A stretch of 64,000 bases of DNA from Somniosus microcephalus (lineage: Eukaryota), in the NCBI GenBank assembly GCA_052327205.1, contig CM126220.1, forward strand, positions 44,454,001 to 44,518,000. The letters are read 5' to 3'. The notes under the pieces were generated by a model, which saw only the letters and a program-made list of their open reading frames with translations, searched no databases and was not told the origin of the DNA. Each line of letters begins with the position of its first letter. Positions within the stretch are counted from its first letter, which is position 1. Positions 37,228 to 50,089 of the stretch are shown here, one piece after another. Position numbers and translations under genes: made by a program.

Positions 37228-37233
37228 ATTAAA
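37228..37233 (+). terminator. Candidate SART3 poly(A) signal ATTAAA
   Basis: Variant hexamer about 460 nt past the stop, in U-rich 3' UTR context. Confidence 0.45.
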
Positions 37234-37439
37234 TGTTTTATATAATTGCATCATAATGCAACGTTAGTTGAAGATCGCGCCTAAGATTAAGACAGGGTTA
37301 AAAAAAAAAAAAAAAATTCCATTGGTTCAAGGTGAAAGTAGTTTGTTGGTGTGTTTGAAACAAGGTACAAATCTAGATGGATAACCAAAACCTATCCTTT
37401 CACTCTGTATACTGATTCTGTATCACAAACTGGAATGTT

Positions 37440-37778
37440 CAGCTGGGGCTCACTCTCAGCCTTGTCAGACATAAGGTTGTGGGACATAAGTCCCACTCCA
37501 TGCAGTACAGCGGGAATACCGCACTGTCAGAGGTGCCGTCTTTTGGATGAGACGTTAAAACTCTCCGTCTGCTCGCTCTCATGGATGTAAAAGAACCAAT
37601 GGTACTATTTCAAAGAGGAGCAGGGAAGCTCTCCCTGGTGGCCTGGACAATATTTATCCTTCAACCAGTATCACTAAAATTATCTGCTAATTATCACATT
37701 GCTGTTTGTGGAACTTTGCTGTCCGCATATTGGTAACAACAGTGCCTACACCTTAAAAGTATGAATTGGCTATAAAAC
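37440..37778 (+). mobile_element. Deu-domain SINE whose tail was hit by the Gypsy insertion
   Basis: cagaggtgccgtcttttggatgagacgttaaa core; the tail breaks off at the LTR TSD. Confidence 0.75.
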
Positions 37779-37957
37779 TGTAGTGTCCGCGTATCAATAA
37801 CACACGGACTGCAGGAGAACGGTAATAACAGGTGTTTACTGAAGAGGGTATGCTGGAACTGAAAGTACAGAAGCCTGCTACGGCTTTATATATAGGTGTG
37901 GTCACTGCCGGTACTACAGTATAAAAGCAGTTCTCTCTTAAAGGTACATACACAACA
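37779..37957 (-). repeat. 3' LTR of the Gypsy element
   Basis: TG...CA termini; adjacent to the polypurine tract. Confidence 0.92.
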
Positions 37958-38262
37958 ATTCCTCCCCTTTTAGATAAACAGTACATAACATTCATTTAAC
38001 AATTAAATAATAACAATTACAATTTTCTCTGTACTATATACATGAACTGAAGTAATCATTTATAAATTCAGTCTTTGAGGAGTATCCTGTTCTGGCGGCG
38101 GAGTCAATTCTGGCTCATTGTCATTGGTTGGTTCGTCAGCTTCCAATACCACGGATTCTGAGGTAGACGCAATCTGTACTTCGGGTTCATCACCAGGTGC
38201 GTATGCTCGTGGTATGGGTTTGACTTGTTCCTGTGACTCTAGAATCTAGTCAGCATGGCATC

Positions 38263-41200
38263 TCACGATGCTCTCTCCAACGTCCACTGTGTACATATCG
38301 TTCCTGGCTGCCATTTTTCTGTTCGGTAGTCGCGGGCCAAGACTGGTTGCCCTATCTTGAAGCTCCTGGTTGGCTTCTCGTTGATGTGCTGGAATTGCTT
38401 ATCCTCAACATCTCGTCTTGTGTTTGGTTTGAGCAAATCCAGGCGACATCTTAACCTTTGGTTAAAGAACATTATGGCTGGAGCTTGGTTGGTGACTGCA
38501 TGTGTCGCATTCCGGTAAGCAAACAAGAAATTATCCACCTTGTGTTGTAGCGGTATGTTGTCGTTATACATCGCCTTTATTGCTTTTTTAAAGGTCTGAA
38601 CAAACCTCTCAGCCAATCCATTTGTGGCTGGATGATATGGGGCAGATGTGTAATGTTTTACCCCATTATTCCTCACAAACCTCCGGAAATCCTCGGACAC
38701 AAACTGTGGTCCATTGTTGAAGCAAATGTGTTCTGGCAAGCCATTCCTGGCGAAGATGGTCCATAGGACTGCAATAGTTTTCTCCGTGGTGGTGGTGGAC
38801 ATCTTGATGACCTCTGACCATTTCGAATGTGCATCCACGGCGATTAAAAACATTGAGTCCATAAATGGACCAGCAAAATCAATGTGTACCCGTTGCCAGG
38901 GAGATGAGGGCCACTCCCATGGGTGTAGCGGGGCCTGTGTTGGAGTGTTTTGGACTTTCTGGCATCCTGTGCATCTCTTGGTCATATCCTTGATTTCTTT
39001 ATCGATTCCCGGCCACCACACAAACGCCCTGGCTAGGCTCTTCATTTTTACCCCTCCCAGATGACCCTCATGAAGCTCATTGAGCACTCGATCCCTCAAC
39101 TTGGGTGGAATTACCACTCGGGATCCACACATCAAGGTCCCCCGGCACACTGACAGCTGTTCTCTCCTTGGCGAGAATGCTGGCAACAGTGAGTCGCCAT
39201 GTGCTGGCCATCCCTTCACTGTCAAATCATAGACCCGAGAGAGTGTCGGGTCATTTCGGGTTTCCTTCTCTATACTTGAGTTTGTAACAGGTAGACATTC
39301 GACTATGGTCGAATGGAATATCTCAACAGGGTCCACTGCAGGTGCTTCCTCCACCGTAGGCAACGGCAGGCGCGACAGCCCATCAGCGTTTCCATGCTGT
39401 TTCGTACCCTTGTACTCTGTCATATTGATGTGCCCCTAGAAAAAGGGACCATCTTTGCAGCCGTTGCGCCGTCATCACCGGAACGCCCTTCTTTGGGTTA
39501 AAAATGGAGACAAGAGGCTTGTGATCAGTCAGTAGGATGAATTTCTGCCTATGCAGATAGTGATTGAACTTCTTCACCCCCCACACCAGCCTGAGGGCCT
39601 CCCTGTCAATCTGGGCGTAGTTACGTTCGGCTGAGGTTAACGAGCGCGACGCAAAGGCTATTGGCCTCTCTGAACCGTCAAGGAATTTGTGTGACAGCAC
39701 CGCTCCAATGCCGTAGGGAGACGCATCACATGCCAACCGAATCGGTAGTGTTGGATTGTAGTGGGCCAATACTTTTGAAGTGATTAGGCATTTACATTTC
39801 TGAAAGGCACGCTTACACTCATCACTCCATTTCCATGCTACTCCAGTTTGCAGCAGGGCATTCAGTGGGTGCAGAATTGTAGATAAATTTGGCAAGAACT
39901 TATGGTAGTAGTTCACCAGCCTGAGGAACGACCTCAGTTGCGACACATTTTCTGGTGCTGGAGCCTTGACTACTGCCTCAATCTTGTCTGGGGACTTATG
40001 TAACCCCTCTTCATCGATCATGTGGCCACAATACAAGATTTGTTTCCTGAAAAACTCGCATTTGGGGCGGTTGGCTCGTAGCCCATATTCTTGTAATCTA
40101 GTGAGTACCTGCTCCAGGTTGGCAAGGTGTTCACTGTCATTTTTGCCCGTAACCAGGATGTCATCCAAATAACACTGGGTCCCCGGGATCCCTTGCAGGA
40201 CTTGTTCCATCGCCCTCTGCCAAATAGCCGGAGCTGATGCTACCCCGCATACCAGTCGGTTGTACTGGTAAAGACCTTTGTGAGTGTTTATCGCAAGGTA
40301 TTTTCTAGATGCTTCTTCTACCTCCATTTGTAGATACGCTTGGGCCAGATCAATCTTCGTAAAGCGTTTCCCTCCAGATAGTGAGGCAAAAATATCTTCT
40401 ATCCGCGGAAGTGGATATTGTACTGTGTGCAGGACTGGGTTCACAGTTACCTTAAAGTCCCCACATGCGAACCTTCTTCGGCTCCCGAGGCGTGCTGCTC
40501 AATGATTTTTTCATTACAGGAACGATGGGTGTGGCCCACTCGCTCCAGTCCACCTTGGACAGCACACCCGAATGCTCCAGACTCCAGCTCTGCTTCGACG
40601 GCTGGGCGGATCGTGTATGGTACCGGTCTGGCCTTAAAAATTTTTGGGTTTGCGTTATCTTCAATTTTTATCGTTGCCGTTACGCCTTTTAGAGTCCCAG
40701 GTCCTTGCTGGAACACCTCTTTCGCGTCAGTTAGAATTTTTGACAGTCGTCCAGGTGTGACGTCGTCATCCTTTTTGTCAGCCACAGTTAACACCTGAAT
40801 GGAATGCCAATCCAATTGTATTTTTCGGATCCATTCACGTCCCAATAATGGTGGTCCTCCATCTTGTAGTATATAGAGATACAGTTTCTGTGTTTCCTTG
40901 CCGTTGTATTTAACGGGCACCCTTATTTTTCCTCTGATGTAGACTTTTTGCCCCGTATATGTCTTCAATACAATGGACGTGTCCTTCAAGGGTATGTATG
41001 AGAATAGCCGCTCATAGTCTCGTTGATTCATGACGGTTAGGGCTGATCCTGTGTCCAATTCCATCTTTACTTGGGACCCTGCTATCATGAGGGTGACCCA
41101 AATGGTTCGGTGATCCTCCTTTGCGATCACGTCGTGTAACTTTAGACAACTTAGTCTCCTGCTCCCGGAGTCATTATCACTCTTCTGAACTACTGTCTGT

Positions 41201-41934
41201 CATTTTTTTTACTTTCTTGTACTTTTCCTTAGTAGTTCTTTTAGTGTTGGTTTTCTTTCCTGACCTGCAGACTCATGCTATGTGTCCCACTTTTCCACAT
41301 TGCCTGCATACTTTGTCCTTAAACCAGCAGTCCTTCTGGTCATGGGTTGTTCTGCCGCAGCGATAGCACTTTTCTGCTCCATATGCCATTTCGTTGGTGT
41401 TATATTCTTGCGGTTTCTGTTGTATTTCCGCAGCTCCCCGTGCTGCTGCGTCGTAGAATACTGCCACGCTGAAAGCCTTTTCTAGCGTAAGGTCCTTTTC
41501 CGAAAGTAGTCGTTTCTGGGTTCCTTCACTCTGGAGCCCGCAGACAAACTTATCCCTTAAGGTATCTGCCAGTCCTGCTCCGAACTGGCAGTGCTTCGAT
41601 AACTTGCGTAGTTCCGTAAGATAGCATTACTCTCATCTTTGTGCTGGTTTCTTTTATGGAACTTGAATCTTTCTGCTATCAGCAGCGGTGTAGGGTTTAG
41701 ATGTTCCTGTAAGATATTGACAATCTCTTCAAAGCTTTTCTCCATTGGTTTAGCTGGGGTAATTAAATTCCGCAATAGGCCGTACGTTCTCGTGCCCATC
41801 AAATTTAATAATACCGACGCCGCCTTTTCATCGGCCACCCCATTTGCCTTGCAGTACACTTCAATTCTTTCCACATACGTGGTCCAGTCTTCTATTTCGT
41901 TGTCGAAAGCAGTGATACTGCCACTCTTCGGCAT
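38263..41934 (-). pseudogene. Frameshifted gag-pol of the Gypsy element
   Basis: ORF pieces 41557-41934 (gag), 41273-41467 (Zn knuckles), 40447-41130 (PR), 39383-40444 (RT/RH), 38263-39423 (IN). The integrase DNGPQF motif is changed to NNGPQF. Confidence 0.9.
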
Positions 41935-42473
41935 CTTGGGTGGTTTAAAATGGCGCCTCCCGCACTTTTCCTTCTTCCCCTTGCTGTCAATGCTGCTCCT
42001 AGCGTTCTAAATAGTAATGGCGGCGCCCCGCGGCTTCGGCACGTCTCTCTTTTGTTAAATTCCTTAGTTTTATTCTTCTTCGACGCTGTCCACTGCGCGT
42101 CTCTTTTCCTTCCTCTCTTTTATTTTCTCTAACGCTGCCCGGCTCTTGAGCACTGACCGCGCCCTGTGCGCTCCACCCTCTCTCTTTTCCTTCCCGACGA
42201 CTCTGCACGGCCCCCTTGCAGAGCCACTCGATCGAGCTCAAGCCCGCCGCAGTCCGGAAGGGTCAGCGCACTACCTGCTACCAGCACGATTTGCTGGAAC
42301 ACCTTGACTGGGGAGCCAAACCCAGCTCTCCACAGCTTCCCCTGCGATTCACTGAACTCCGATGGATCACTGGGCGGTTGCCCACGGTCGACCTCCAAGA
42401 AGCTTCTTTTCAGGGATGGATCCCCGTGAGGTGATGCAGTACTGCAGGTGAGTTCGAACCTGCTCGTCGCCAC

Positions 42474-42652
42474 TGTACTGTCCGCGTATCAATAACACAC
42501 AGACCGCAGGAGAACAGTAATAACAGGTGTTTACTGAACAGAGGGTATGCTGGAACTGAAAGTACAGAAGCCTGCTACGGCTTTATATACAGGTGTGGTC
42601 ACTGCCGGTACTACAGTATAAAAGCAGTTCTCTCCAAGGTACATACACAATA
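42474..42652 (-). repeat. 5' LTR of the Gypsy element
   Basis: Direct repeat of 37779-37957 with about 7 substitutions and 2 small indels; adjacent to the PBS. Confidence 0.92.
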
Positions 42653-43025
42653 AAAACGATTGTACAAAGATCACCTCTTTCCCTTCCCTGCCCTCCCTCC
42701 CAACCAGGCACTGATCAAGCAGTAATGACATCACTCACTATTGGAGTGCACACCCTTTTGCAAAATGTTCTTTTTCAGGTTGTGGGGAAAAAAAAGAAAA
42801 TGGTATCTTTGGCTTGCAGGTAAGATTGGAACCAAGTCAACTTGATGTAGAAGATAGTATGCTGGGGCATTGTTGAAAATTAGTCAGCCTGACAGCTCAC
42901 TGAGGGCTGGAATTCTTCCCATTCTGCTCCAAATAGCCTCGTCAGTTAAGGTTATCCACAAGCAGCAGGTACCTTTACAGGTGTTCTGTACAGTTTTAGT
43001 TGATTAGGGCCCTTGTGAACACTTA

Positions 43026-44523
43026 GGCTGCGATTTTACTTACCGTGGTGGGTCCATGGCAGGCGATGTCGGGGGCAGATCCCAACCGTGCTGCTGGCTC
43101 CATCCCGCTCTCTGAAATAAATTTACGATGATAGGGCTTGTTTCCCAGGCCAATTAGAGGAAGCGGGTGATGTCATTTGATGACATATCAGCCGGTTTCC
43201 TTAAAGGGACCACGGCCAACTTTATTTTGACATTTGTGCTGTCAGTGTTCTACAGCACTGACGTGCTGCAAACACTGACAATGACTGCACACAGGTTCTC
43301 CCATGACTTCCTCCATATGCTTGAGGGATTCACAGCATGAAGGGAGGTCCCTCTTCCCTTCCGATGGGCAGAAGACACCTCCCCAGGAGACTAACACAGC
43401 CTGATTGCACAGGAGGGCACAAGCAAGGATGTCGTCTAGAGGACCTGGGTGCAGTGGCGCAAACATTTCAATCATCTCAGTAGATCAGGAAACGTTAGTA
43501 CAAAGCCACACTTGCCTTCATCTTGCTGTGCCTCTCATCCCTCTGCCTTCCCTACCCTGCACATCCACCCATCCCCATCTCACTAGCCACCCCTCACACG
43601 CACCTTCATCCTAGTGCAATCATACCAACTAATAACACACACAAGAGTAGCCACTTGGGTGTTTTATCCAATGTTCATGTGACGTTTCTGTTAAGGTGCT
43701 GTCAATTGAAACTTTTATTTTCAACGATTTCTGCGCACCTTTGGAAGTGGCCTAGTGAGTTGTATTGAATGGTGAGACATAACGGTACCCCCTGGCGCAC
43801 ACACACACACAATGGCTTGGACATTGTAGGGTGCTTTATGGTGTTGGTGTGGGGTGGCAGCCAGGGTGTACAGCGTCAAGTGAAGTAAATCTGGCCTCCC
43901 AGGCAGCAATGTGGTTAGATGCTGATGCCTTCTGTCCTGTGCGGCATCAGGTGATTGTGGAGAAGGTTGGTGCTGGGGCTGATCGTAGTCGGATTCTGAG
44001 GACAAAGATGAAACAGGATAAAGGGCACCCCTGTTGATGGAATAGATGGTAGGTGAAGTAAAGATGACAAACATTGTCAGTGGTGAGAGTATTCTTCCAA
44101 AGAGGTGATAGTGGATGGAGAATGGAAAGCCTACAGAATCTATGCTGGAAATTGGCTGAGAAACAGCTTGTGGCTGGGAGAAGTGAAGATCGGTCAAGTG
44201 GGAGCTTTTACTGTATATTTGAAGCTGTCAAGGAATCAGCTGGAGCAATGGCCACTGAACTCCTGCCTCAGGTTGACAGACGTGACCCCCCCCCCCCCCG
44301 AGGACTGTGGACCCCGTGGGCAAGCAGTTAGTGAAAAGGTAAGTTAAAATGTATTCTGAATGATCTCTCAACAAAGCAATAATCAACTTAATTGGGTCCC
44401 CCGCCTCTGCTCAGCACTGACAGACCCAACATTGGGGAAAGGTGTGTGGCGGCAGGGTCCCCACCCGCTGTCAAAAAAAAACACTTTCCCTTGTGCCCGC
44501 TAACCCCCCGCAAAATTCCAGCC
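43026..44523 (+). mobile_element. Non-autonomous PIF/Harbinger element with a Myb/SANT-like remnant
   Basis: TIRs ggctgcgatttt and aaaattccagcc, TSD TTA on both sides; decayed RFSHD..REV.FPSDG..QWRKHFNHL near 43290-43490. Confidence 0.75.
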
Positions 44524-44773
44524 TTAAGCATGGATTGTATATTGCTGACAAAGCCAAAGATTTAGTAGAAGTACTTTTCAAAACAGTTTCAATTTTGTGT
44601 TAAAATGTCAGTTTAAGCTTACAGCAGAGATCCAAGTTGAAATTGGGTTTTCTGGCAGTTTAGAAAATTAAGTCAGTCAAAAAACCTGTTTTGGGCAAGT
44701 GCTCCCCCCAGCCCTTGTTCTACATCACCATTTGGCTGCCAGAAGAAAAAAATGGACATAAATGGCAAAATAT

Positions 44774-44779
44774 TTTATT
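44774..44779 (-). terminator. Candidate FICD poly(A) signal AATAAA
   Basis: AATAAA on the minus strand about 1.4 kb past the stop, in AU-rich context; a second one lies near 44830. Confidence 0.45.
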
Positions 44780-46204
44780 CATAAATACTATATATATATT
44801 CTATGTTTTAACAACCTGTTTAAATACAGTTTATTTATACAAAAGTGCAATTTCAATTCACAGGAACATCTCATTCTCCAATCAAGTTACCATTGTTTGG
44901 GTTACTGTCCAACAAACTTTCTTCCACATTGGTTCTTGGACTCTAATCCTTGTGATTTTGATTTCTTAAGTTAGAGACTTTAATTAAAAGATGACTAGAA
45001 ATGGTGAAATAAAAATACCTAATTTCTGCTGCATCCACAGCAACTGATGAACTGAAAAGGACCACATTATTCATTCAAATCTTCTCTATTTGCATTATTG
45101 TCTAGAACTAACTCTCCAAGAATTCCAGCAGCTGGATAAAATATAACATATGTACGAATAACCTGTTGCCATATTAGAACTGTGCTCATCAACCTATAAT
45201 TAGCATTGTTTGGCATAAACCAAGAATGGAGAGATTACTTCAAAGTATCAGAACATTCATCCCAGCTTCACTACATGCTGCAAGTTTAGCAAGTACGAGG
45301 CTGGTTGGAAAAACTCGGTTTGATTTTTTTCAATCTACTGGATGCCAGCAAAAAAACTAATCTGCTCCTGGACATTAAACATGAATTCACTCAAAAAACT
45401 GCTTGTGTTGCTCATTTGTGAGCGACCAGCTGTATCTCTCTTCTAGCTTGGGATGGGAGGTAAAGGGGCCATCCAAGCAGTGGAGCTCCTGCGAGCAGGT
45501 ATTGAGACAGGGGCCAAAGTCAATAAACAAACTTGCTGCCCAGGCACTGGTGTTGGAATTCGCAGCCCTTATTTTCTCCAGTGATCCAGCAAGTTAGAAG
45601 AACCCTGTCTTTTAATTGCTTCCCCCCCACCCCTGCCCACACACAAAATTGTGGGCATGACATTTTATTTCGCTGTTGAAAGTACACATGGCCCAAAATC
45701 CTCCATTATGTTTACATCTTTAATATTCAAACAATTTTGTTCAAATAAATTATAAGCAGACCATGAAAAAATTGGCACTGTAAAGAAAGACTGGGGGTAG
45801 GAGAGATGCAGAGTGTGTCACAGGACAGCCTACAAAATACAGTCCCGATTAACTTCTAATAACAGCCAAGTTCAGAAATGTGACCAATTTAAATCACATC
45901 CTGTACAATCCACCTTGAAATAACCCAGAATACTTCAAAGTGAACCGCAACAGATTGTTTTTACAGCTCGAATCTGCACTCAGTACCTCACAGACTAGAA
46001 AGTAACCAGCATTCCGAGAGCAGACTCGCACAGCTGGTGCAAGATTGCTGGAGAAAGTCAAGTGAAAGCCGAACACAGAAAACACTCCAGTAAAGAACTT
46101 GGCAAGTTTCTGAAGTAAAGGAATTTTAACTAAAGCTTACACTGGTGATGATCACACCAACTCAACCAGAGTCCATAAATATGGTTGTGGAGCAATGAGA
46201 CGGG

Positions 46205-47286
46205 TTAGTTTTTAACTAGAATGGTTTGCGTATAATCTGAATGGTTTGGATTAGCTTCGGGTAAACCTTTATCAACAGAGTGATCGGCTGTTGCAATCAG
46301 CAGTAAGTCAAGTGTCATTTCCGTGCACTTTCCAATAAAGCGGATAAATGGCCTGACATCTCCCTCGTTGGCCAAGTCTAATGCACCGTAATACTCGGCC
46401 CGCTGCTCCTTGCGGATGGTGACAGGTGGGTAACCTGCCTGCATTAGAATAAGATTCATCAGTAAGCGGGCCGTCCTTCCGTTCCCATCGACAAAGGGAT
46501 GGATGTAGACGAATTTATAATGTGCAAGGGCAGCAAATTCAACAGGATGTAGACTCATGGCCTCTTCAGAATTCAACCACTGGACAAGCTCCTGCATTTG
46601 TTTCCTTAGATCTCTGGGATGGGGAGGGATGTGGTGACCCACAAAGACTTGATTGGTCCGAAATCTTCCAGCTTCTACAGGGTCAACATATCCTAAAACT
46701 CTTCTGTGAATCTGCAAAATATCATCAATGTTAACAGTTCCAATTCTGGATACTAGAGACTTGTTGAGATATTTCATGGCTGCATCAACCCCGATAACTT
46801 CATTCTGTTCCATCAGGCTCTTCCCAGGCACGGCGTACCTGGTTTCTATGATGTGCCTGATCTCAGACAGGGTCAGTGTATTCCCCTCGATAGCCACAGT
46901 GTGATAAATATGATGGTAATAACTTTCCTCCATCACACGATGCAGTGCTGCATTCCCTTTGGGTATAGCCATTAATTTTTTAACTTTCCGGTCAATAATA
47001 CTAAATTGTTTTTGGTCAATTTCTTCCACCAGTGGTAATGTCCTGTCACGGTTGACCAGCGCCTTCTCGTCGCATGGAGAAATGGTCAGCACTTTTGTAT
47101 ATAAATGGTCAGCCTGAATAACGTCCTTATCCTCTTCCAAGAAGACACCCAATTCATTCAAAGCATCTACATAATTGGGATCCATGTTGAGGGCATGCAC
47201 GAATAGTTTGTGTGCCTTCTCTCGCTTCCCCAGACGCTTCATCTCCAGAGCCTGGTGCAGAGCAGCTTTAGCTTCTAACTGGATTT
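46205..47286 (-). CDS. FICD: FICD/HYPE last coding exon (TPR, inhibitory helix, Fic domain)
   Basis: Fic motif [12 protein letters not shown] and inhibitory TVAIEGN; AG acceptor at 47287-47288; TAA at 46205-46207. Confidence 0.97.
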
Positions 47287-48029
47287 CTGAAATTAAAAAA
47301 TCAGTTTGTAAATAGGTGTGGTCAAATGTACCTTGTGGTGCAGCATGGAGCCAGAATTGTGGACATTTTATCATTTGAATATTACACAGGAACATGTTAA
47401 CCCATTATAACCAGACCCATAGCCAACTGTAACCCATCATGTTCCGACAGCCTTCATTATGACACCATTTACCAGGCAGCATAGAGTACAGAGGTGGATG
47501 AGACAGGCTTACCGTCACAGTGGCCATTTTACCCAATCGAATCACAGCACTAGCTGGGTTGAATGTGATACTGCAACTACTGTCTTGTAAAGGATGACAG
47601 ATTCTCACAGACCAAAGGGAAGCTATGCTCCCAGATGGCACTCATTTATTGACATTTTCTGTCACTTTTCATACTTAGTAACTAATAACTGAATCATCAG
47701 CATCAGAAAAAGTGATTGGTTACCAGGTACAGTACACGACTGCAGAGGGGAGGCTGAGGCAATCACCTTTGGGAGCTTGTTAACAGCATTTGGTAGGCTC
47801 AGTCAGGGTGGACACTAAACAGCAAATTCAAAAAGAAATCACCTTCCAAACATTCTTAGAACATTTTAAAATTCAATCTGCTATAGTCACATAGATAAGC
47901 AACGCAGTGCAAATTATCAACTCACTGAATCAATAATAGATCTGAAATGGGTAGCGGTAATCAAACTTTAGACCATACCTAGAAAAGTTTGGCAGAGTCA
48001 GGTTAGTCACAAGTTGTGACCCTCTGAAA

Positions 48030-49110
48030 CAGCTGGATAATTCCACCTCTAACATCACCTGTCTACATCCCTGCCTCAGCCCATCTGCTACTGAAAACCT
48101 TTTCCACACTTTTGTTACCACCTGACCGGACTATTCCGATGCTCTCCTGGCCAGCCTTCCATCTTCCATAAACTTGACCTCATCCAAAACGCTGCTGTCC
48201 ATATCTGAACTCGCACCAAGTTGCATTCAGCTATCACCCTGGTGCTCGCTGACTTACATTGGCCCCCGATCCTCAAACACCTCAATGTTAAATTTCTCAT
48301 CCGTGTTCAAATCCCTCCATGGCTGCGCCCCTCCCTATCTTGGGTCACCTCCTCCAGCCCTATAACCCTCCGAGAACTCGGCACAATGATGGGGCAATGT
48401 GATTGCACTAGAGGGGGTACAGAGGAGATTTACCAGGATGTTGCCTGGACTGGAGAATTTTAGCTATGATGAAAGACTGGTTAGGCTGGGTCTGTTTTCT
48501 TTGGAACAGAGGAAGCTGAGGGGAGACCTTATTGAGGTGTATAAAATTATGAGGGGCCTAGATAGAGTGGACAGGAAGGACCTATTTCCCATAGCAGAGG
48601 GGTCAACAACCAGGGGGCATAGATTTAAAGTAATTGGTAGGTGGTTTAGAGGGGATTGGAGGGGAAATTTCTTCACCCAGAGGGTGGTTGGGGGCTGGAA
48701 CTCACTGCCCAAAAGGGTGGTAGAGGCAGAAACCCTCACCACATTTAAAAAGTGCTTGGATGTGCACTTGAAGTGCCATAACCTACAGAGCTGGAAAGTG
48801 GGATTAGGCTGGATAGCTCTTTGTCGGCCGGCACGGACACGATGGCCTCCTTCCGTGCTGTAACTTTCTACGATTCCTCCAATTCTGGCTTCCTGTGCAT
48901 CCCCGTCTTCCATCGTCCCACCACTGTGGCCGTGCCTTCAGCTGTTTAGGTCCCAAGCTCTGGAATTCCATCCCTAAATCTCTCTGCCTCTCTACTCTCT
49001 CCTCCTTTAAGTCTCTCATGAAAGGTAACTATAAATGCACGTTTTTTTTATGCTGCTGCGAAGCGCCTTGGGACGCTTTACTATGCTAAAGGCGCTATAT
49101 AAATGTAAGT
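48030..49110 (+). mobile_element. L2 3' fragment interrupted by a CR1 3' fragment (about 48385-48871), FICD intron
   Basis: L2 motifs ITLVLADLHWPP and GRAFSCLGPKLWNSIP flank the CR1 segment [14 protein letters not shown]. Confidence 0.8.
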
Positions 49111-49129
49111 TGTTTTTGAATGTGATAAA

Positions 49130-49520
49130 TGTGGATATATTTGCATGTATATAGCGTCTTTCACGACCACTGGACATTCCAAATACTTTACAGCTTTACT
49201 TTTTGAAGTGTAATGTAGGAAACATGACAGCCAACTTGCAAGCTCCCACATGAATGGATTGATGTTGATGGAGAGATAAAATATTGGCCAGGGCACTCTT
49301 CTTCGAAATAGTGCCATAAGATCTTTTAGCTCCACCTGAAGGCGGCAGACGGGGCCTCAGTTTAACGTCTCATCCGAAAGACGGCACCTTCCTCAACACT
49401 GCAGTGTCAGCCTAGATTTTTGAGCCGAGACCCTGGAGTGGGGCTGGTGTCCCTGGACTTGAACCCACGATCTTCATGACTCGGAGGCGAGGATGCTACC
49501 AACGGAGCCACAGCTGACAC
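49130..49520 (-). mobile_element. Deu-domain SINE with tRNA-like head, FICD intron
   Basis: gtttaacgtctcatccgaaagacggcacct core and a cttgaacccac B-box-like end. Confidence 0.7.
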
Positions 49521-49842
49521 TGTGGTGAAGGAGTCCTCCTGAGAGAGTTCAACACTGAGCGCCCAGTAATAGTAATTCTACAGGCAGAAACTAACAGTAT
49601 CGCTGAGAGTCGACTTCGCCGAGTGATAGGGAGCAGCCTTGGCTTCATGGAGTCTGCGATAATTTCCCAAACACGACTAACTGGAGGGGCCCTGGGCCCG
49701 GTAAACAGGGGAGCAGACACTCCCTTCCCCAGGGTCAGAGCGAACCTGCCTCCCCGTCACACGATCCAACGGCCGCCGTGTCTCAGGCTGCCCGAGCCGG
49801 GCCCATCAGCCCCACATTCACAGCCCGGTTACTCGCTCTTAC

Positions 49843-50068
49843 CCGGCCCCGCTTTCTGTCGAAAAGCCCAGGCCTCGGCCAGTTGGCTCAGCTCCACGCC
49901 ACTGTAGGTCAGGCTGAGCCCGGTGCTCGTGTCTCCGTCGAGCCCCGCGTCCAAGAGGCGGCACCGCAACAACCACAAGCCGCCCCGCAACTGCGGGAAA
50001 AGCACGGCGGCCAGCGAGCCGAACACCACGGCCGCTGCCAGGGAGACCCGCCTGACCGTTAGGCCCAT
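49843..50068 (-). CDS. FICD: FICD first coding exon (type II membrane anchor)
   Basis: MGLTVRRVSLAAAVVFGSLAAVLFP hydrophobic segment; GTAAGA donor in phase 1 joins the last exon in frame (226+1082 nt, 435 aa). Confidence 0.85.
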
Positions 50069-50089
50069 CGCGTCGACGCTAGGGCCACC

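Larger units (their letters stand above)
37779..42652 (-). mobile_element. Full-length decayed Ty3/Gypsy LTR retrotransposon (Mag/K02A2.6-like), no env
   Basis: Two 179-bp LTRs, TSD AAAAC (37774-37778 and 42653-42657), PBS TGGCGACGAG, PPT AAAAGGGGAGGAAT. Order is gag with two CCHC-type knuckles, protease LDTGS, RT YLDD, RNase H, integrase HIDFAGPF; several frameshifts. Confidence 0.95.

Noticed and set aside
37299-37317. Poly(A) tail indicating a processed SART3 copy
   Set aside because: The gene has all its introns; this is a genomic A-run.
42444-42472. tRNA gene
   Set aside because: Only a 3' T-arm/CCA-like piece at the retrotransposon PBS; no D or anticodon arms.
46205-47395. Bacterial Fic toxin or horizontal transfer; ORF start at 47395
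   Set aside because: It is the normal spliced vertebrate FICD in conserved synteny with SART3; the first 36 or so ORF codons are intronic.
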